Source: a virus
Taxonomy: Duplodnaviria > Caudoviricetes
Virus record (IMG/VR): IMGVR_UViG_3300048583_000043
Span: 343 to 64,342 of that record
Length of the DNA stretch: 64,000 bases
Direction: 5' to 3' (one strand)
Program-made: the position numbers and the translations under genes
Notes under the pieces: model-generated
What the model was told of the DNA's origin: nothing
Seen by the model: only the letters and a program-made list of their open reading frames with translations
The model's database searches: none
In this document: one piece after another, positions 57,802 through 64,000 of the stretch
Position numbering within the stretch: position 1 is the first letter of the stretch
Layout of the letters: each line of letters opens with the position of its first letter

Positions 57802-58644
57802 GAACCTAAGTCTTGGTTTACTGCCTCCTTTCCAGAGTAATCTGGTCAAAATAAAATTCGTGAATTGCTGGGACATCCTTATTCTAGAAGCACTACAACG
57901 TGGGCAGAAACGCCGAGCGTGAATGTTTAAAAAGCTTTTTAGTTGGAAAATCAGCAGCCAAGCACCGTAAAGGTGAAGGTTCAGAGGCCATCCCGTAAGG
58001 GAGTAGGGGTTAATCCCCGAAGCGCGAATCCCCTGAAAAGGGTGAAGATATGGTCCACAGCATTGTTTAGCCGTTTTCATAAAACGAAGTCCAAAAGGAA
58101 AATATGACTTACATTCTTTATAAGGCCACTTCACCAAGTGGTCGTATGTATATTGGCATTACCAATAACTTTAAACGACGAATGAAGGAACATAGACAAT
58201 CAAACTGGCCTTTTGGGCAAGCTTTGAGGAAATATGGTCAAAACAATTTTACATTTGAATTTGAAACTTTCTCAACTGTTGAGGAAGCTTTGGATAGAGA
58301 ACGTGAGCTTGTCACCCCTGAGTTGTTAAAAAGTAAAAAGCTCTACAATGCTTGCGTCGGAGGCATCTTGTCAGATGTCTTAGCACACAGCAACCCTATG
58401 CACAACCCAGATATAGTTGAATCACATCCAAACATGTGGACAACTACTAATAACCCCATGAACAATGCAGACAGCAAAAGACGTATGATTGAAAATCAAA
58501 ATCGTCGTCCGGTTTGTATTGATGGCGTTATTTACCCAGGAGTTCGGGAAGCTTGTAGACAGCTTAACACATACAGACAATTTATGATACACAGAATTAA
58601 GTCACCTAATTACCCTACATGGACTTATGCTAAATAATGCTGTG
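57802..58644 (+). mobile_element. Group I intron (IA2-like) in terL
   Basis: P1 GGAGGU/GCCUCC with a U-G pair at the splice site; P10 with exon 2 GGTAAA; core AATTGCTGGGA, AATCAGCAG, TCAGAGGCCAT, AAGATATGGTC; P7.1 and P7.2 hairpins; CACAGCATTGTTTAGC pairs with GCTAAATAATGCTGTG; terminal G at 58,644. Confidence 0.92.
58104..58637 (+). CDS. Intron-encoded GIY-YIG homing endonuclease
   Basis: YILYKATSPSGRMYIGITNNFKRRMKEH...E...YN, NPM repeats and a C-terminal IDGVIY NUMOD-like segment. Confidence 0.88.
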   Translation: MTYILYKATSPSGRMYIGITNNFKRRMKEHRQSNWPFGQALRKYGQNNFTFEFETFSTVEEALDRERELVTPELLKSKKLYNACVGGILSDVLAHSNPMHNPDIVESHPNMWTTTNNPMNNADSKRRMIENQNRRPVCIDGVIYPGVREACRQLNTYRQFMIHRIKSPNYPTWTYAK

Positions 58645-59937
58645 GGTAAATCTTACGCCATTCTTGCCGACGCTCTTAGAGACATCTCTCATCCTCAATT
58701 TCGTGGTCTTATTCTTCGTAGGACAACTGAAGAACTGAGGGAACTTGTACAAAAAAGTCAAGAGTTATACCCTAAAGCCATCCCCGGTTTGAAATGGACC
58801 GAAAGAAAAATGGAGTGGAAACATCCTAACGGTGGCACTCTTTGGATGAGTTATCTTGAAAGGGATGAAGATGTCACTCGTTACCAAGGACAGGCTTTTA
58901 GTTACATTGCTTTTGACGAATTAACACAATGGCCCACCCCATACGCATGGAACTACATGCGATCTCGTCTAAGAACCACTGCACCTGATCTCAAACTCTA
59001 TATGAGAGCAACAACTAACCCAGGTGGTAGAGGGCATTGGTGGGTTAAAAAGATGTTTATTGATCCCGCTAAGTGGGGCAAATCATTTTGGGCCACAGAT
59101 ATTGAGACGGGTAAAACCTTGTGTTGGCCAAAGGGTCACTCAAGAAGCGGTCAGCCGCTATTTAAAAGACGCTTTATCCCTGCAAAACTTTCAGACAACC
59201 CCTATCTTTATGAATCAGGGGATTATGAAGCCAACCTGCTCTCTCTTCCAGAAGCTGAAAGACGCCGTCTCCTTAGTGGAGACTGGGATGTCTTAGAAGG
59301 TAGCGCCTTCCCAGAATGGAACAGAGACATTCATGTAATCGAGCCTTTTGAAATTCCTCATAATTGGAGGAAGTTTAGGGCTTGTGACTATGGTTATGGT
59401 TCCTATTCTGGTGTTCTCTGGTTTGCTGTTACACCCGAAGAAGAACTTATTGTCTATAGAGAGCTATATGTATCGAAGGTTTTGGCTAAAGATTTGGCTA
59501 ATCAAATTCTTGATTTAGAATATGATGACGGTCTTATGTCATACGGAGTTCTTGACAGTTCTTGTTGGAGCAAAAGAGGAGACTCTGGCCCTTCCATCGC
59601 TGAGACAATGATTGCAGAAGGTTGCTATTGGCGACCCTCAGACAGAAGCAAAGGTTCAAGACAATCTGGTAAAAACGAAGTTCATAGAAGGTTGCAAGTG
59701 GATGAATACACTGAGCGTCCTCGTTTACAAGTTTTTTCTAGTTGTGTCAACCTGATTGCTCAACTTCCCATCATCCCTTTGGATAAGAATAACCCAGAGG
59801 ATGTAGATACAAAAAGTGAGGATCACCTTTATGACGCTCTTCGTTATGGCATTATGTCTCGCCCTCGTTCTTCAAACTGGGATCGGGAAAGACCTGCGGA
59901 CACCTACAAACCTGCTTCAATTATTTTTGGTTACTAA
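58645..59937 (+). CDS. terL: Terminase large subunit, exon 2
   Basis: GKS completes YGGAAGGGKS; YQG...FDELTQW Walker B; RATTNPGG; CDYGY; EDHLYDALRY. Confidence 0.93.
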   Translation, partial: GKSYAILADALRDISHPQFRGLILRRTTEELRELVQKSQELYPKAIPGLKWTERKMEWKHPNGGTLWMSYLERDEDVTRYQGQAFSYIAFDELTQWPTPYAWNYMRSRLRTTAPDLKLYMRATTNPGGRGHWWVKKMFIDPAKWGKSFWATDIETGKTLCWPKGHSRSGQPLFKRRFIPAKLSDNPYLYESGDYEANLLSLPEAERRRLLSGDWDVLEGSAFPEWNRDIHVIEPFEIPHNWRKFRACDYGYGSYSGVLWFAVTPEEELIVYRELYVSKVLAKDLANQILDLEYDDGLMSYGVLDSSCWSKRGDSGPSIAETMIAEGCYWRPSDRSKGSRQSGKNEVHRRLQVDEYTERPRLQVFSSCVNLIAQLPIIPLDKNNPEDVDTKSEDHLYDALRYGIMSRPRSSNWDRERPADTYKPASIIFGY

Positions 59938-59954
59938 TAGTATAAAGGATAAAC

Positions 59955-61991
59955 ATGGAACAAACAGACGTAATCCCAGAGGTTGAAGAGGGTATTTCTC
60001 TTGAAGCCCCTCTGGATGAATTAGCTGGTTTTGTTCAAGAGAGATTTAAAAGAGCAGAGGATAAAAAATACTCTGATGAACAAAGGTTCTTAAAAGCCTA
60101 TCATAACTATCGTGGAGTTTACGGGCCCGACACACAATTCACCTCAAAAGAAAAAAGCAAGGTTTTTATCAAAGTTACAAAAACCAAAGTGCTTGCTGCC
60201 TACGGGCAAATTATTGAGGTTTTGTTTGGTAACAGCGATTTTCCGATTTCTGTTGACAGAACAAAACTTCCTGAAGGTGTTGTTGAGTCCGTCAGCTTTG
60301 ACCCTCAAATGCCCCCCGGTAAGTCTCCGCCCCTTTTTGGTACAAGAGATGGCCCGCCCCTTCCTCCCGGGGCGACAGCTTTAAATCTAGGGCCACTGGA
60401 AAAGAAACTAGAGCCTATTAAAGATCGTCTTCAGATTGGTGCTGGAACTACACCCACTGCCGTATCTTTTCATCCAGCAGATGTTGCTGCTAAGAAGATG
60501 GAAAAGACTATTAAAGATCAGTTGGAAGAGAGCGGAGCTTCTAAACATCTTCGTCTTACATCATTTGAAATGGCGTTGTTTGGCACAGGGGTTGTAAAAG
60601 GCCCTATGGTTGTAGACAAGGAATATCCTAAATGGGGCCCTAAAGGCGAATATGCTCCTGTCATCAAAACAGTGCCACAACTAGCCCATGTATCAGTTTG
60701 GAACTTCTATCCAGACCCAGACGCTTACAATATGGAAGAGGCTGAATACGCTGTTCAGCGTCATAAGATGAGCAAGAAAGAACTTCGTGATCTTCGTTCT
60801 CGTCCTATGTTTAAGAAAGACAAGATTGCTCTCTGCATCGAAAACGGTCCCAACTACGTTAGAAAGTATTGGGAAACCGAAATGGAAGACTATACCAACT
60901 CGTCTGATGTAGAACGTTGGGAAGTGTTGGAATATTGGGGGTTTGTCGAAGCCCGTCTTCTCAGAGAACACTCAGTTAAAGTCCCAAGAAACATTAATGA
61001 TGAGGACATTATTCAAGCCAACATTTGGCTATGTGGTCATGAAATTATTCGTGCTGTAATTAATCCTTTCCAACCATCTCGTGTCCCTTATTACGCCATT
61101 CCTTATGAAATCAACCCTTATAGCTTCTTTGGTGTAGGTGTTGCTGAGAATATGGACGATACACAACTTCTCATGAATGGTTTTATGAGAATGGCTGTGG
61201 ACAATGGTGCCCTCTCAGGCAACCTTGTTTTTGAGATTGATGAAAGCAATCTAGTTCCCGGCCAAGATTTAGAAATGTACCCGGGTAAAATTTTTCGCAG
61301 ACAAGCAGGAGCCCCGGGGCAAGCATTATTTGCAACAGAGTATCCTAACGTCTCTAACCAAAACATGATGCTTTTTGACAGAGCACGAGCTTTGGCTGAT
61401 GAAAGCACTGGGCTGCCTTCGTATGCTCATGGTCAGACAGGTATTCAAAGCATTGGTAGAACCTCTTCTGGGTTGTCAATGCTAATGAATGCTGCAAGTA
61501 TGACCATCAAAACAGTCATTAAAAATGTTGATGATTACCTTTTAGCCCCGCTTGGTAAATCTTTCTTTGCTTTTAATATGCAATTCAATTTTGATCCCGA
61601 GATTAAAGGGGATTTGGAAGTGAGTGCGAGAGGTATTGAAAGTCTTATGGCTAACGAGGTGAGGAGCCAACGTCTTATGCAATTCTTGGGGGTTGTAGTA
61701 AACCCTGTACTCGCACCTTTTGCCAAATTGGATTACATCCTTCGTGAGATTGCTAAGAGCCTAGACCTTGATCCTGATAAAGTGACAAACTCAATGGCTG
61801 ATGCAGTGCTCCAAGCTGAAATGTTAAAAGGTATGATGCCTCCACAAGGAGCAGCACCTTCCGGTCCTAATGGCCCTCCCGGCGTAGCAGATACGCAAGG
61901 CAGTGGTAATGGGAACATTGGAGTGGGGTCTGTTCCAACTCCCGGAGAGCAAGGTTTCTCAGCTAACACAGGTGGCATGAATGTCTCTTAA
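59955..61991 (+). CDS. Portal protein
   Basis: SKVFIKVTKTKVLAAYGQ, WNFYPDP, YEINPYSFFGVGVAENMDDTQ; follows terL. Confidence 0.9.
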   Translation: MEQTDVIPEVEEGISLEAPLDELAGFVQERFKRAEDKKYSDEQRFLKAYHNYRGVYGPDTQFTSKEKSKVFIKVTKTKVLAAYGQIIEVLFGNSDFPISVDRTKLPEGVVESVSFDPQMPPGKSPPLFGTRDGPPLPPGATALNLGPLEKKLEPIKDRLQIGAGTTPTAVSFHPADVAAKKMEKTIKDQLEESGASKHLRLTSFEMALFGTGVVKGPMVVDKEYPKWGPKGEYAPVIKTVPQLAHVSVWNFYPDPDAYNMEEAEYAVQRHKMSKKELRDLRSRPMFKKDKIALCIENGPNYVRKYWETEMEDYTNSSDVERWEVLEYWGFVEARLLREHSVKVPRNINDEDIIQANIWLCGHEIIRAVINPFQPSRVPYYAIPYEINPYSFFGVGVAENMDDTQLLMNGFMRMAVDNGALSGNLVFEIDESNLVPGQDLEMYPGKIFRRQAGAPGQALFATEYPNVSNQNMMLFDRARALADESTGLPSYAHGQTGIQSIGRTSSGLSMLMNAASMTIKTVIKNVDDYLLAPLGKSFFAFNMQFNFDPEIKGDLEVSARGIESLMANEVRSQRLMQFLGVVVNPVLAPFAKLDYILREIAKSLDLDPDKVTNSMADAVLQAEMLKGMMPPQGAAPSGPNGPPGVADTQGSGNGNIGVGSVPTPGEQGFSANTGGMNVS

Positions 61992-62190
61992 GTCTTTTGT
62001 AACTAATCAACTAGATTATCAAGAGTTTGTTCAATTTTTGGAGACAGAGGCACATCTGCTACACCTTAGAATGGAAAATGCTCAAGAGCATGACAATATT
62101 TGCCGTCTTCAAGGGCAGTTGTTCATGCTTAGAAGGTTGCAAAAATTAAGAGAGTGGGTTATGAAGGAGGGGAAGAATGTTACCAACTGA
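61981..62190 (+). CDS. Small conserved head-assembly-region protein
   Basis: RLQGQ...LRRLQKLRE motif after the portal gene. Confidence 0.6.
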   Translation: MSLKSFVTNQLDYQEFVQFLETEAHLLHLRMENAQEHDNICRLQGQLFMLRRLQKLREWVMKEGKNVTN

Positions 62191-63097
62191 ACCCGTTAGT
62201 GGTAATCCAATCCCTCCGGGAGCCCTGCCACAAGAAGTGAAAGATGACATCCCTGCCAAGCTATCAGAAGGGGAGTTTATCATCCCTGCTAATGTTGTTC
62301 GCTATTATGGGTTGAAATTTTTTAACAACTTAATGGATAAAGCTAAAAGTGAGTTGGGGGACGATCTTCCATTCTCTGATGATGAGTTAGAGACTGATGA
62401 GCCACGTAAGATGGCTCAAGGGGGTTTTGTCCCGGCACAGGGGGGTTTTACCCCTACTCCCGGTGTAGAAGTTGATCCAGTTGTTCCTTTATTCAGGAGA
62501 CCTCAACCAATGCCACAAGACAACAATGAGAGTTGGCTAGATAAGTATGGTAGAGAAGGTAGAGAAGGTCCAACAGGTCTTGCTGGTAGCGTAGATAATT
62601 GGAGTGTTCAAAACTTTTCAGACTATGCTAAATCAGCCGACAGCTTTGTCAACAGAGGAATTGCTGCTGGCATCGCTTCTATCATCCCTATGGGTGGCAG
62701 ATTGATGAACCATCGCTACAACTACCTTAATGAAACGGTGCCCACTCGTCTCAGAGAAATGATTGAGAGTGGGAAAGATCAGAAAGGTGAGGTCATTTCT
62801 CAAGAGGATCTTGACCGTCTTAAACAAGCAGAAAAAGAGATCTTGGAGAGGGGTGAAATTCGCCCCGGTGTACGAGGTTTGGTTCAAAAAGGAATGGACT
62901 CTCTCTTTGGTAAAAGAGAAGAGCCTGAAACCCCCTCCGCTCAAGAAGAGCGTCCTACCGAGGATGCACCTCGTGAGACTGAAAGAGGGTCTAGCAACGC
63001 TGGTGGTGTAAAAGATAGTCAAGGGGATGGTCAGATGAAAAGCCAAACCTCTAGCACCTCAGGAACAAGTAAAACAGGATCGGCCACCCGCAAATAG
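62177..63097 (+). CDS. Virion-associated protein
   Basis: EPVSGNPIPPG...DDIPAKLSEGEFIIPANVVRYYG N-terminal module. Confidence 0.65.
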   Translation: MLPTEPVSGNPIPPGALPQEVKDDIPAKLSEGEFIIPANVVRYYGLKFFNNLMDKAKSELGDDLPFSDDELETDEPRKMAQGGFVPAQGGFTPTPGVEVDPVVPLFRRPQPMPQDNNESWLDKYGREGREGPTGLAGSVDNWSVQNFSDYAKSADSFVNRGIAAGIASIIPMGGRLMNHRYNYLNETVPTRLREMIESGKDQKGEVISQEDLDRLKQAEKEILERGEIRPGVRGLVQKGMDSLFGKREEPETPSAQEERPTEDAPRETERGSSNAGGVKDSQGDGQMKSQTSSTSGTSKTGSATRK

Positions 63098-63117
63098 CGG
63101 CCCCGGAAAGGAATATA

Positions 63118-63954
63118 ATGAGTTTAGTACCACGTTCAATCACCTCCCTCGAAGAGGAAATTGCAATTCTAGAAGAGCAAGAGAAACAGGCAAGGGAGCT
63201 ACCAGATGAAACGCCAAAAAATCCCCGGCTTGAAAAAGCCAAAGATGACAGTCAGAAGGAAGACATCTCCGACAGCGGTGAAGAGGAAGAAAAGACTGAC
63301 CCTACGGAAACTGTCGATAAAGAAAACTGGAAGAAGCGGTTTAGCGACCTAAGACGCCACACCCAAAAGAAGGATGACAAGATCAAAGAGCTTGAACGCA
63401 AGCTTGAAGAAAAAGCAACCTCCCCCCTTCCCTCTGTTGAAGACGCCAAACAATGGGCAAAAGAAAACCCTAAGGCTGCTGAGATCATCCGTGCTTTGGC
63501 AGAAGATCAGGTGCAAGAACGAGTAAAACCTCATCTGGATGAAGTGGACAAGATTAAACTCGAACTTCAAAAAGATAAAGACAAAATTAAAATCATGAAA
63601 GTGCATAATGACTTTGAAGAGGTCATTGAAGAAGACGCTTTCCATGATTGGGCAGAGTCTCAACCATCTCGTATTAAAGACATGGTTTATGAAGGCGATG
63701 CTGATGAAGTGATTTGGGCCCTCTCAATGTATAAAAGATCATTGGAGAAGCCTTCAAATAGTGATAAAGAAGCTGCTAAATTGGTTAAAACCAAGCCCAG
63801 TTCTAAACCCACTGATAATGACGACAACATGATTTACGAATCTGATGTCGAAGAAATGTCTGCCACGGATTACGAAAAGAACGAAGCTAAAATCACTGAA
63901 GCTATGCGTTCTGGACGTTTTATTTACGACCTAACCGGGGGCGGAAGAAACTAG
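63118..63954 (+). CDS. Capsid scaffolding protein
   Basis: Acidic coiled coil, WKKRFSDLRRH, FHDWAESQP, C-terminal AMRSGRFIYDL; would precede the MCP if the genome is circularised. Confidence 0.8.
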   Translation: MSLVPRSITSLEEEIAILEEQEKQARELPDETPKNPRLEKAKDDSQKEDISDSGEEEEKTDPTETVDKENWKKRFSDLRRHTQKKDDKIKELERKLEEKATSPLPSVEDAKQWAKENPKAAEIIRALAEDQVQERVKPHLDEVDKIKLELQKDKDKIKIMKVHNDFEEVIEEDAFHDWAESQPSRIKDMVYEGDADEVIWALSMYKRSLEKPSNSDKEAAKLVKTKPSSKPTDNDDNMIYESDVEEMSATDYEKNEAKITEAMRSGRFIYDLTGGGRN

Positions 63955-64000
63955 TAATTTAGTTTCATAACACAAGATCACCCGATAAAGGAGCCGGGGA

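Noticed and set aside
57526-57840. 104-aa ORF and 58627-59937 as separate genes
   Set aside because: They are the two exons of terL read into intron sequence.
1-64000. Lysogeny module or single-subunit RNA polymerase
   Set aside because: No integrase, repressor or T7-like RNAP motifs in any ORF.

Overview
The window is almost a whole circularly permuted genome of a lytic podovirus-type phage, mostly AT-rich. The host is probably an alphaproteobacterium (Rhodobacterales-like); this is inference from the class II RNR, a Rhodobacteraceae-like secreted protein and GC-rich imported segments. It opens inside the major capsid gene and closes just after the scaffold gene. There are two arms that converge on a bidirectional terminator at ~13,640 and diverge at ~45.6-46.6 kb, the likely physical termini. 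The rightward arm (46.7-64 kb, continuing 1-13.6 kb) encodes basic proteins, two large fibre/spike proteins, TerS, an HNH, TerL split by a group I intron with a GIY-YIG ORF, portal, scaffold, capsid, tail, lysis and ejection proteins. The leftward arm (45.5-13.7 kb) encodes early genes, 3 tRNAs, a phiEco32-like peptide-ligase/amidotransferase cluster, primase-helicase, an ECF-like sigma factor, DNA polymerase A, SSB, exonucleases, ThyX, NrdJ and PhoH. Most notable observations: (1) a shared acidic C-terminal tag (aromatic-aromatic-D/E-x-EE-D/E-x-L) on 5-6 unrelated small proteins around the ligase cluster; (2) a strongly polarised repeated 9-mer, RTGACAGGA; (3) an HNH-AP2 endonuclease inserted in frame in the 5'-3' exonuclease without intein or intron signs; (4) HNH genes that begin with a copy of the N-terminus of the downstream gene; (5) two homologous hairpin elements; (6) an endolysin fused to a holin-like domain with its own internal RBS; (7) a tRNA-like ncRNA candidate. 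All calls come from reading motifs by eye; no database search was run.
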